From: Mycoplasma mycoides subsp. capri | GTDB taxonomy: Bacteria; Bacillota_I; Bacilli_A; Mycoplasmatales; Mycoplasmataceae | DNA length: 32,000 nt | Reading direction: 5' to 3' | Assembly: GCF_018389705.1 (NCBI RefSeq) | Contig: NZ_CP065581.1 | Location: 930,001-962,000 of the forward strand | Shown: positions 22,101-32,000 of the stretch, one piece after another | Numbering within the stretch: position 1 is the stretch's first letter | How the letters are laid out: each line of letters begins with the position of its first letter | Notes under the pieces: generated by a model | Database searches by the model: none | What the model was told of the DNA's origin: nothing | The model's input: the letters and a program-made list of their open reading frames with translations, nothing else | Made by a program: the position numbers and the translations under genes

Positions 22101-22106
22101 TCTAAT

Positions 22107-22181
22107 TGGAGGCAATAGTCGGATTCGAACCGACGATCAGGGTGTTGCAGACCCATGCCTTAGCCGCTTGGCTATATTGCC
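22107..22181 (-). tRNA. tRNA-Cys (anticodon GCA), CCA encoded
   Basis: The reverse complement is GGCAATATAGCCAAGCGGCTAAGGCATGGGTCTGCAACACCCTGATCGTCGGTTCGAATCCGACTATTGCCTCCA. It folds as a cloverleaf with a 7-bp acceptor stem GGCAATA/TATTGCC, a D arm GCC/GGC and the anticodon loop CTGCAAC. The T arm is GTCGG-TTCGAAT-CCGAC. Confidence 0.95.
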
Positions 22182-22197
22182 ATAAATATACTTAATA

Positions 22198-22203
22198 ATT
22201 ATA
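22198..22203 (-). promoter_or_regulatory. Candidate -10 box (TATAAT) for tRNA-Cys
   Basis: The minus strand reads ttaaTATAATtattaag, with 16 nt between the hexamer and the tRNA 5' end. Confidence 0.4.
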
Positions 22204-22270
22204 TTAAAAAATTTTTTATATTAATAGTATTTAGGATTAGAAAAACTTTATTTAATAATTTATTAGTATA

Positions 22271-22342
22271 TTTTTAAAAAATAACAAAATAAAAATCTCT
22301 ATTTTATACAAACTTAAAAGTTAAGATCATATAGAGATTTTT
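22271..22342 (-). terminator. Possible terminator/long hairpin after the 489-aa membrane protein gene
   Basis: A 12-bp inverted repeat aaaaatctctat/atagagattttt (22291-22302 / 22331-22342) encloses a 28-nt loop. On the minus strand it is followed by a T-rich run. It begins 3 nt after the stop codon. Confidence 0.4.
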
Positions 22343-22344
22343 TA

Positions 22345-23814
22345 CTAATCATTTGATTCTTTGTTATCTTCTTTTTTCTTTTTGTTTTTTAGTTTTAAGA
22401 AGAATAATTTTAGTTTTGAAGGATGTTTAATTTCGATTTCATCTTCTTCATACAAACTAGGATCCATTTCGTATTTTTGACCTTGCATAACAGCCATAAC
22501 TGCTTTTTGGTGTTCTAGTGTAGCTTTTACAATTTTTTCTCTATCTAGTTTTGGGTTAACAATTATTAAAACAACAGCTAGAATTAAAGTTAAAATAGTT
22601 ATGATTAATGAAGCAATTACTAAAGCAGATGCCAATTTGAATTTTAGTCCATGTTCTTTTAAAAGTTCATCAAAGAATTTATTAATATCAAGATCAGTTT
22701 TACTAGTTAATCCTATTAAAAATACTTTTCAAGAAGCTTTAAATTTTTCAATTGAAGTAAATTCATATAAATTAATTGTTAAACCTATAAAAAACATAAT
22801 AAAGAAAATTATAGGAAATAATGGAATACGATATTTTTCTCTAGGATTTGAAAGAGTTTTTTTAGTATATGTACAAATTAAAATTGCTGGAATCATATAA
22901 ATTAAAATCGGCAATCCAAAAGCTCTTTTAAACATTAAAGTTATTTGAGAAATTCCAAGTGGTCAAGATTTTAAAATTTCTTTATCTCCATTTTTAATTA
23001 ATTGATCTCAAGATTTACTTTGTTCAATAATTGAAGCATATGTACTACTACTAATATCAATTGTTGTATATGATAAATATAATAAACTTGAAGCTAATAA
23101 AATTGTTGAAATAACTGCTAAAACACATAAAGCTATTTTTAAATAAGGCATAAATTTAGGTTTACCTTTATAAGGATAAAATCTTGGATCTTGACTTGGT
23201 AAAACTGGTAAATCTGCATTATTTAAATTAGCAAACATATTAGGATTAAAAGAATTTAAAAAATCAGCTTGTTGATTAGATTGATTTTGATCATTTACTT
23301 GATTTTCTACAACTGGTTCTTCACTCATTATTGTTGCTGTTTTTTGTGTATTTTCACTAGTTTTTTGTTCTTTTAATTGTTCTTGTTTTGATAGTCTTGA
23401 TTCAATTTTACTAATAGCTTGATCAGTTAAAATAGCATTTTGATTAATGATTTCTTCACTAATTTGTTCATTTTCACTAACTAATTTACTTTTAACAACT
23501 TTAAATTCTTTAACTATATATGAAACTAATTGTTTATAATTAGTTTCAATTTGTTCTATAGTAATCTCATCATTTACTTCAAAACGTTGTTTAGTAGTTG
23601 GTTTTGTAATTAAAATAAAAGCCTTTGCAAAAGTTTTAGCAAATACTTTATCATCTAAACTTTGATTATGATTAGTTTCTAAAGTTAAAATATCATTAAT
23701 TAAATTTAAATACTTTAACTTAAATTCTTCATTTTTTAAAATAAAATATTTAAGTTTGTCTGTTTTTAAAATATTTAAACTTAAATTAAGTAATTTTAAA
23801 TACAATTCTTTCAT
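22345..23814 (-). CDS. Membrane protein of unknown function (489 aa): about 220-aa soluble N-domain with a Q/N-rich linker, then about 4 TM helices and a lysine-rich tail
   Basis: Track ORFs 23008-23814, 22729-22935 and 22345-22635 are in one frame. I translated the junctions and found only TGA (…IEQSKSWDQLIKNGDKEILKSWPLGISQITLMFKRAF… and …KFKASWKVFLIGLTSKTD…KFKLASALVIASL…). The RBS is AAAGGA. The ATG lies 2 nt after the holA stop. Confidence 0.8.
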
Positions 23815-23816
23815 TC

Positions 23817-24767
23817 TTATCCTTTCATGTTTTTTATAAGCATATATTCAACAAGTGTTTTTTTATTAATATTTCAATTAATAATTCCTTTATAAATTTT
23901 ATAAACTATCTTAATTTTATCATTTAATGTGTTAATATCATAAGAATTATTAACAGCTAATTTTACTCTATAAATATGAGATTTTAAAATAGTTGAAATT
24001 TGTTCTTCACTTTTAAATTGTTTTTTTAAAATAACTACATCTCTATAAAAACTTAAATTAGTATCAATTAAACTTATAAGACCAATAATATCATCATTTA
24101 ATAAAATATAATCATGATAAAGTTTAATAAATTTATCAATATTATTATTAATAAAAGCATCAACTAATTTGAAAATATCTTCATTATGATACTTATTTAA
24201 ATTAGTTTTAATAATCTCTATATTAAGTTCAGATTTTAAATTAGCTAATTTATTAATTTCATTAGTAATTATTTGTAAATCATTTGGTAATAAATTATAT
24301 ATTTGATTAGCTAAATTTATGTCAATAATTTTATTTTTAGACTTTAAATAGTCGATTATATATTTAATAGTTTGTTTTTCATCTCATAATGATAAGTGTT
24401 TAACATTAAAATTAGATTCAATGTACTTTGCTATTTTTAGTTTTTTAGAAAATTTATTAGAATTTAAAGTAAAAATGATTATGTTATTAGGATTAAAGTT
24501 TTTTAACATTATTTCTAACTTATTTAAACTATAGTTTTTATTAAAATTAGTTTTTATTTCAGTTACAAAATAAGCATCACTAATTACAATAATTGATTTA
24601 GGATTAAAAAAATTTAAATTAGTAACATTATCATAAATAATATTAAAATCATCTTCAATTAAAGAAAAACTTAAAACATCATACTGATCTTTTTGTTGTA
24701 ATTCTTTAATAGTTTTTTTAGTTTGATTATTTAATAAAAATATATCTTCAGAATAAAAAAAATACAT
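23817..24767 (-). CDS. holA: DNA polymerase III delta subunit (HolA-like, 316 aa)
   Basis: Track ORF 24384-24776 extends through TGA to TAA 23817-23819, and I translated the whole gap. The N-terminus MYFFYSEDIFLLNNQTKKTIKEL and the segment …IYNLLPNDLQIITNEINKLA… follow the HolA pattern. I prefer ATG 24767 over the GTG at 24776 used by the track. The assignment rests on pattern recognition only. Confidence 0.6.
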
Positions 24768-24977
24768 TAAAATCACTTCTATCTATAGTTATATTTTAAA
24801 CTATTAAAAATATTAATTTTACTTAATATTAATTGTTTAATTTAATAAAATTTTTAATTTAGTTAGGATACTTTTATTTTTATAATTTTTTAAAAATATA
24901 AGTTTAATATTTAATCAAAATGATATAGCTAAAATAAAAACTAAGTATAGTGATAAAATAAAAAAGTAGATGATATT

Positions 24978-25005
24978 AAAAACCAGAAGAAAATTCTGGG
25001 TTTTT
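24978..25005 (+). promoter_or_regulatory. Terminator-like hairpin in the uvrB 5' leader
   Basis: The sequence is aaaaaCCAGAAgaaaaTTCTGGgttttt, with a 6-bp stem (24983-24988 / 24994-24999) and a 5-nt loop. It is flanked by A5 and T5 and ends 6 nt before the GGGAGAAAG RBS of uvrB. Confidence 0.4.
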
Positions 25006-25021
25006 GTTATGGGAGAAAGTA

Positions 25022-27019
25022 ATGTTTATAGCAAATAATAAGTACAAACTAGTAACTAAATATAAACCTTCAGGTGATCAAAATCAAGCTATAGAAAAAT
25101 TAAATAAAGGAATTATAGAAAATAAAAAACACCAAGTGTTATTAGGAGCAACAGGTACTGGAAAAACTTTTACAATAGCAAATATTATTGCAAAACATAA
25201 TAAACAAGCTTTAGTAATTGCACATAATAAAACTTTAGCAATGCAGCTTTATTATGAATTAAAAGAAATGTTTCCAGAAAATAGAGTTGAATATTTTGTT
25301 TCAAACTTTGATTTTTTTCAACCAGAAGCTTATATTCCTTCAAAAGATTTATATATTGATAAAGATTCTAGACAAAATATGGAATTAGATATGATGCGTT
25401 TAAGTGCTTGTAATGCTTTATTAACAAGAAATGATACTATAGTAGTAGCTAGTGTTGCTGCTTTATTTGCTTTACAAAATCCATTAGAGTATTCTTCAGC
25501 TTTTATTGAATTAAAAGTTGGTCAAAAAATTAAAAGAAATGAATTACTAACTTGACTAGTAAGATCTGGATATACTAGAAATGATATTGAAAATCAATTA
25601 GGAAGTTTTTCAGCAAAAGGTGATGTTGTTAAAATTGTTCCTGGTTGAGTAAATAATATTATGTTTAGAATTTCATTATTTGATGATGAAATAGAAAGTA
25701 TTCATACTTTAAATACAATTACAAATTCTATTTTAGATAATATTACAACTGTTACTATTCATCCTGCTCAATCATATATAACTCCACAAGACAAATTAAA
25801 AACAATTTGTAATAATATTAGAAATGAATTAGTTCAAAGATTAGCTGAATTACAATCAGAAAACAAACTTTTAGAAGCTCAAAGATTAGAACAAAGAACT
25901 AAATATGATCTTGAATCCCTTGAAGAATTTGGCTTTTGTAGTGGAATTGAAAATTATTCTTCGCATTTAGATTTTAGATCTAAAGGACAAAGACCATATG
26001 TTTTATTAGATTATTTTAATAATGATTTTATAACTATAGTTGATGAATCTCATATCACACTTCCTCAAATTAGAGGAATGTATAACACTGATAGATCAAG
26101 AAAACTAACTCTAGTTGAATATGGTTTTAGACTACCATCAGCTTTAGATAATCGTCCTTTAAATTTTGATGAATTTAATAGTTTAATTAAACAAGTAATT
26201 TATACTTCAGCAACACCTGGAGATTATGAACTAGATTTAGTTAATCATCAAGTAGTTCAACAAATTATTCGTCCAACTGGACTATTAGATCCACAAATTG
26301 AAATAAGAAAAACAACCAATCAAATTGATGATATTATTAATGAAATTCATTTAAGAAAATTACAAAATGAACGTGTATTTATTACTACTTTAACTATTAG
26401 AATGAGTGAAGATTTAACTGCTTTTTTACAAGAAAAAAACATTAAAGTTGCTTATTTACATTCAGAATTAAAAACTCTAGAACGTAGTGAAATTTTAAAT
26501 GATCTAAGAAAGGGAGTTTATGATGTTGTTGTTGGAGTTAACTTATTAAGAGAAGGATTAGATTTACCTGAAGTTAGTTTAGTATGTATTTTAGATGCAG
26601 ATAAACAAGGTTTTTTAAGAAATTACCGTTCTTTAATTCAAACTATTGGTCGTGTTGCTAGAAATGTTAATGGTAAAGCTATTATGTATGCTGATACTGT
26701 TAGTCAAGCAATGGATGAAGCAATTAAAGAAACTAATAGAAGAAGAAAAATCCAAGAAGAATTTAATAAAAAATACAATATTGTTCCAAAAACTATTTCA
26801 AAAGCTATTAGTGAATCTATTTTAAGTGAACAAACTAAAAAAACATTAGCTAAAGCTAAAAAAATTAAAGATAAAAAACAAAAACTTCAAACCATTCAAC
26901 AAACTATTGATACTTTACGTCAAGAAATGTTACAAGCTGCAAAAGAACTTGATTTTGAAAGAGCAGCAATTTTAAGAGATACAATTATTGAATTAGAAAA
27001 TGAAAAAAATACAAATTAG
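25022..27019 (+). CDS. uvrB: Excinuclease ABC subunit B (665 aa)
   Basis: Track ORFs 25004-25555 and 25661-27019 are in one frame and joined via two TGA codons (…[14 protein letters not shown]…[20 protein letters not shown]). The Walker A motif is GATGTGKTF. Helicase motifs and a C-terminal UVR domain ([16 protein letters not shown]) are present. I prefer ATG 25022, which has an RBS, over TTG 25004. Confidence 0.97.
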
Positions 27020-27027
27020 GAGAAAAC

Positions 27028-29868
27028 ATGTCAACAGATAAAATTATTATAAAAGGTGCTAGAGAACATAATTTAAAAAATATTGATTTAGAACTTCCTA
27101 AAAATAAATTAATTGTTTTTACAGGCTTAAGTGGGTCTGGAAAGTCTTCATTAGCTTTTTCAACAATTTATCAAGAAGGAAGAAGAAGATATATTGAATC
27201 ACTTTCTGCTTATGCTAGACAATTTTTAGGTGGTAATGAAAAACCTGATGTTGATTCTATTGAAGGTTTATCTCCTGCAATTTCTATTGATCAAAAAACT
27301 ACAAGTCATAATCCTAGATCAACTGTTGGGACTGTTACTGAAATTTATGATTATTTACGTTTATTATATGCAAGAATTGGTCAACCTTATTGTATTAATA
27401 ATCATGGTCAAATTAAAGCAGTAAGTATTAAAGAAATTGTTGAAAATATTAAACAATCAACTAGTGATGGTGAACAAATTCATATTTTATCTCCTGTAAT
27501 TAGAGATAAAAAAGGAACTCATATTGATATTTTAGAAAAACTAAGAAATGATGGGTTTATTAGAGTTATTGTTGATGATCAATTAAGAATGCTAGATGAT
27601 CAAATTAATTTAGAAAAAAATCAAAGACATAATATAGATATAGTTGTTGATAGAATTATTTATCATAATAATGATGAAATTAATTCAAGAATATTTACAG
27701 CTGTTGAAATGGGATTAAAATATTCAAATAACTTAATTAAAATTGCATTTCCAAATTCTAATAAACAAGAAAAATTATTTTCAACTTCTTTTTCATGTAA
27801 AGTTTGTGATTTTGTAGTTCCAGAACTTGAACCTAGATTATTTTCATTTAATGCTCCACTTGGTGCTTGTGAATTATGTAATGGATTAGGTGTTAGTTTA
27901 GAACCAGATATAAATTTAATTCTTCCTGATTTAAAATTATCAATTAATCAAGGTGGGGTTGTTTATTATAAAAATTTTATGCATACAAAAAATATAGAAT
28001 GACAAAAATTTAGAATTTTATGTGATTATTACTATATTGATCTAAACACTCCTTTAAAAGATTTGACTCAAAAACAAAGAGATATAATTTTATGAGGAAG
28101 TGATCGAGAAATTGATATTAAAATTGTTACTGAAAATAATAATAAATATGAAAAATATGATTTTATTGAGGGTAATGCAGCTTTAATCAAGAGAAGATAT
28201 TTTGAATCTAAATCAGAAGAAGCCAGAAAATGATATTCAAAATTTATGTCTTCTAAAATATGCAAGCAATGTAAAGGAAGTAGATTAAATGACATTGCTT
28301 TATCTGTAAAAATTAATGAAAAATCTATATTTGATTATACTAATATGAGTATTTCTGAACAATTAGATTTTTTATTAAACATTGATTTAACTCCAACTCA
28401 AGCTACGATTGCAAAATTAGTTCTAGATGAAATTATTTCAAGAACTAACTTTTTAAATGAAGTTGGATTAGGATATTTAAATCTATCAAGAACAGCTACA
28501 ACTTTAAGTGGTGGAGAATCTCAAAGAATTAGATTAGCTAAACAAATTGGATCTCAATTAACTGGAATTTTATATGTTTTAGATGAACCATCAATTGGAT
28601 TACATCAAAAAGATAATGATAAATTAATTAGAACTTTAAAACATTTAAGAGATCTAGGAAATACTTTAATTGTTGTTGAGCATGATGAAGATACAATGAA
28701 AAGTAGCGATTGGATTGTTGATATTGGCCCTAGAGCTGGAGAATTTGGTGGAGAAATTACTTTTAGTGGAACATATCAAGATATTTTAAAATCAGATACT
28801 ATTACTGGTAGATATTTATCAAGAAAAGAAGGTATAGTAGTTCCTAAAACTAGACGCGGGGGTAATGGTAAAAAAATTGAAATTATTGGAGCTAGTGAAA
28901 ATAATTTAAAAAATATTAATGTAACTATTCCTTTAAATAAATTTATAACTATTACAGGTGTTAGTGGATCTGGAAAATCAACTTTACTAGAAGATATTGT
29001 TTATAAAGGAATTCATAATAATTTATCAAAAGAATATTTACCAATTGGAAAAGTTAAAGAAATTAAAGGTATAGAAAATATTAATAAAGCTATTTATATT
29101 TCTCAAGAACCAATTGGAAAAACTCCAAGAAGTAACCCAGCAACTTATACTTCAGTTTTTGATGATATTAGAGATTTATTTACTAATCTTCCAGAAGCAA
29201 AAATTAGAGGTTATAAAAAAGGTAGATTTTCATTTAATGTAGCTGGTGGTAGATGTGAACATTGTCAAGGTGATGGAGTAATTACAATTTCTATGCAATT
29301 TATGCCAAGTGTTGAAGTTGTTTGTGAAATTTGTGAAGGTAAAAGATATAATGATGAAACTCTAACAGTTAAATATAAAAATAAATCAATTGCTGATGTT
29401 TTAAATATGAGTGTTAGTGAAGCTTATGTCTTTTTTGAAAATATACCTCAAATTAAACAAAAACTAGAAACTATTTTAGAAGTTGGTTTAGGTTATATTA
29501 AACTAGGGCAAAACGCTACAACTTTAAGTGGTGGTGAATCTCAAAGAATTAAATTATCTACTTACTTATTAAAAAAACAAACTGGAAATACTATGTTTTT
29601 ATTAGATGAACCAACAACTGGTTTACACGTTGATGATGTTAAAAGATTAATTGGTGTTTTAAATAAATTAGTTGATTTAGGAAATACAGTTTTATGTATT
29701 GAGCATAATCTAGACTTTATTAAAGTTTCAGATCATATTATTGATCTTGGTCCTGATGGTGGAGAGTATGGTGGTCAAGTTGTAGTAACTGGAACTCCAG
29801 AACAAATAATTAATCATCCAACTTCTTATACAGCTAAATACTTAAAAGATTACATAATTAATGATTAG
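27028..29868 (+). CDS. uvrA: Excinuclease ABC subunit A (946 aa)
   Basis: Track ORFs 27028-28002 and 28246-29868 are in one frame and joined via three TGA codons. Two ABC ATPase modules are present (GLSGSGKSSLAF, GVSGSGKSTLL, and LSGGESQRI twice). Zinc-finger Cys pairs are present (CKVCDF…CELCNG, CEHCQGDG…CEICEG). Confidence 0.97.
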
Positions 29869-30976
29869 TGTTGATCAAGAATTATTTCCTATAAATCAAA
29901 GATTAAATAAAGAAGTTGTTTTTGATAAAGTCTTAGATGAATTAAATCATCCAGAAAAATTTTTAAAAGTTATAAATGTAGTTGGAACTAATGGTAAAGG
30001 ATCTACTTCATTTTATTTATCAAAAGGTTTATTAAAAAAATATCAAAAAGTAGGGTTGTTTATTTCTCCAGCTTTTTTATATCAAAATGAAAGAATTCAA
30101 ATTAATAACATACCAATTAGTGATAATGATTTAAAAAATTATTTAGATAAAATTGATTACTTAATTAAAAAATATCAATTACATTTTTTTGAGATTTGAA
30201 CTTTAATTATGATCTTATATTTTAAAGATCAAAAAGTTGATATTGTTGTTTGTGAAGCTGGAATTGGTGGAATAAAAGATACTACTAGTTTTTTAACTAA
30301 TCAATTATTTAGTTTGTGTACTTCTATTTCATATGATCATATGGATTTATTAGGAAATAGTATTGATGAAATTATTTATAATAAAATTAATATAGCAAAA
30401 CCAAATACTAAGCTTTTTATAAGTTATGATAATTTAAAATACAAAGATAAAATTAATGAACAATTAATTAATAAAAATGTAGAACTAATTTATACAGATC
30501 TATATGAAGATCAAATTATTTATCAACAAGCAAATAAAGGATTAGTTAAAAAGGTATTAGAATATTTAAATATTTTTCAAACAGACATTTTTCAACTACA
30601 ACCACCACTAGGAAGATTTACAACAATTAGAACTTTTCCAAATCACATTATTATTGATGGAGCTCATAATGTTGATGGAATTAATAAATTAATTCAATCA
30701 GTTAAAATGTTAAATAAAGAATTTATTGTTTTATATGCAAGTATTAATACTAAAGAATATTTAAAATCACTAGAACTATTAGATCAAAATTTTAATGAGG
30801 TATATATATGTGAATTTAATTTTATAAAATCATGATCTATTGATAATATTGATCATAAAAACAAAATAAAAGATTGAAAAAAATTTTTAAAAAATAACAC
30901 AAAAAATATAATTATATGTGGAAGTTTATACTTTATACCTCTTGTATATAATTATTTAACTAATAATAAATTTTAA
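29861..30976 (+). CDS. folC: Folylpolyglutamate synthase/dihydrofolate synthase (Mur-ligase family, 371 aa)
   Basis: Track ORFs 29861-30199 and 30209-30835 are in one frame and extend through TGA to TAA 30974-30976. The P-loop is VVGTNGKGSTSFY and IIDGAHNVDG is also present. The ATG overlaps the uvrA 3' end by 8 nt. Confidence 0.85.
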
Positions 30977-30992
30977 TAAAGAAGGTGTTTAT

Positions 30993-31667
30993 ATGGCATG
31001 AAATAGTTCTTCTGCCTATTGAATAACAACTGCTATTTTTGGTGTTTTACTAATTGGTATATGAATTTTAGGTTTGTGAATGGAAAAATTTAGCTTAAAA
31101 ACATTTACTATTAAAAACATAGCAATTATCGGTACTTTAGTAGCATTAAGTGTAATTTTATCTTATGTAGTTAATAGAAACTTTTTACAAATTTTAGGAA
31201 CAAGAATTACTTTAGGTTATTTTGTTAACTTTTTAATTGGAATGATTTTTGGACCACTTGCAGGAATACTTGCTGGAATTGCAACTGATTTAATTGGAAC
31301 AATGATAGTTGGTTCTGGTGGATGACATATTGGGTTTGTTTTTGCAAAATCAATGCTAGGATTTTTAGGATCATTAGTATTTTTATTTAAAAATAATAAG
31401 TATTGAGTAGCATTAATGATTTGATCTTATGCGATTGGCTTATTTTTAGTTATATTTATAATTCATCCTATTAGTTTTGTAACAGTTGGTGGACCTAGTT
31501 TAGCTATTGCTTATAGTGTAACTAAATTTATAGTTTATCCAGTTGAATTAGTTTTATATTCACTTTTAACTTATGCTTCAATAAGAGTGATTTATATTTT
31601 AATTAAAAAAGATTTAAATACAAAAAATAGACAATGAATATTAAGAAATGATGCTGTAATATTCTAA
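30993..31667 (+). CDS. folT: ECF transporter S component, folate-family-like (224 aa with upstream start)
   Basis: Track ORF 31080-31325 is in frame with ATG 30993, which has a GAAGGTG RBS 6 nt upstream. The 29-codon N-terminal extension MAWNSSSAYWITTAIFGVLLIGIWILGLW contains four TGA-Trp codons and forms a hydrophobic helix. The frame continues through TGA to TAA 31665-31667. The folate assignment is inferred from the position next to folC and from the fold-family look. Confidence 0.7.
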
Positions 31668-31672
31668 TTGAT

Positions 31673-31698
31673 AAAAAGTGCTAGCAAGCACTTTTTTA
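31673..31698 (+). terminator. Rho-independent terminator of the uvrB-uvrA-folC-folT unit
   Basis: A 9-bp stem aaaagtgct/agcactttt (31674-31682 / 31687-31695) has the loop agca and runs into TTTTTT. Confidence 0.85.
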
Positions 31699-31749
31699 TG
31701 TTTAAACATTAATATAGTAAAATTATATTAACGTTTAAAAGGAGATTAT

Positions 31750-32000
31750 ATGGAAAAATTTACCATAAAAGATCTAACTGATAATCTGAAATTTGAAATC
31801 ATTTCAGGACAAGATAAACTAGATACAGAAATTAAAAGTTATGGAATTAATAGAGCTGGATTAGAATTAGCTGATTATTTTAAACCTTTTAAAGATCAAA
31901 GTGAATGAAGAGCAACTTTAATGTCTACTAAAGAAAGTGGATATATGTTGCAATTTGATGAAAAAACTAAAATTAGAAAATATACTCAGTTAATGAAATG
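31750..32000 (+). CDS. hprK: HPr kinase/phosphorylase, N-terminal part (continues beyond the right window edge)
   Basis: ATG 31750 follows an AAAGGAGAT RBS. The translation MEKFTIKDLTDNLKFEIISGQDKLDTEIKSYGINRAGLELADYFKPF… matches the N-terminal pattern of HprK (…I.RPGLELAGYF…). Confidence 0.65.

Noticed and set aside
24777-25021. The divergent strand switch (all genes leftward before it, rightward after it) could mark a replication origin.
   Set aside because: I saw no dnaA or dnaN nearby and no DnaA-box-like TTATCCACA repeats. A local divergent promoter region explains the switch.

Overview
This is a very AT-rich Mollicutes-type chromosome segment that must be read with genetic code 4 (UGA = Trp). 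The supplied standard-code ORF track breaks almost every conserved gene at TGA. The pieces of each gene sit in one frame and join without any TAA or TAG. I checked this codon by codon for the large genes. Gene content and order suggest the Mycoplasma mycoides/capricolum (Spiroplasma-clade) group, but I cannot confirm that without a database search.

The minus strand carries, from high to low coordinates:
- holA, then a 489-aa orphan membrane protein
- tRNA-Cys
- tatD, then a small 2-TM protein
- prs, then a decayed ssb-like pseudogene, then pth
- rplI-dnaB
- an orphan lipoprotein
- an ECF S-component, then cysS, rlmB, rpmG, secE and nusG
- after a 439-bp extremely AT-rich spacer, an operon of a 1,976-aa membrane-anchored protein followed by oppA (985 aa), oppB and oppC, which runs off the left edge

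The plus strand, from about 25.0 kb, carries uvrB-uvrA-folC-folT(ECF S) and the start of hprK.

I saw no CRISPR array, IS or transposon, integrase, rRNA gene or recognisable defence system.

The most unusual content is the giant gene at 4742-10672. It has an N-terminal membrane anchor, a PDAFFG motif, a coiled-coil-like segment and an HEYGHH (HExxH) zinc-protease-type motif. It is translationally chained to an oligopeptide importer, so it may form a surface proteolysis plus peptide uptake module. Its function is inference only.
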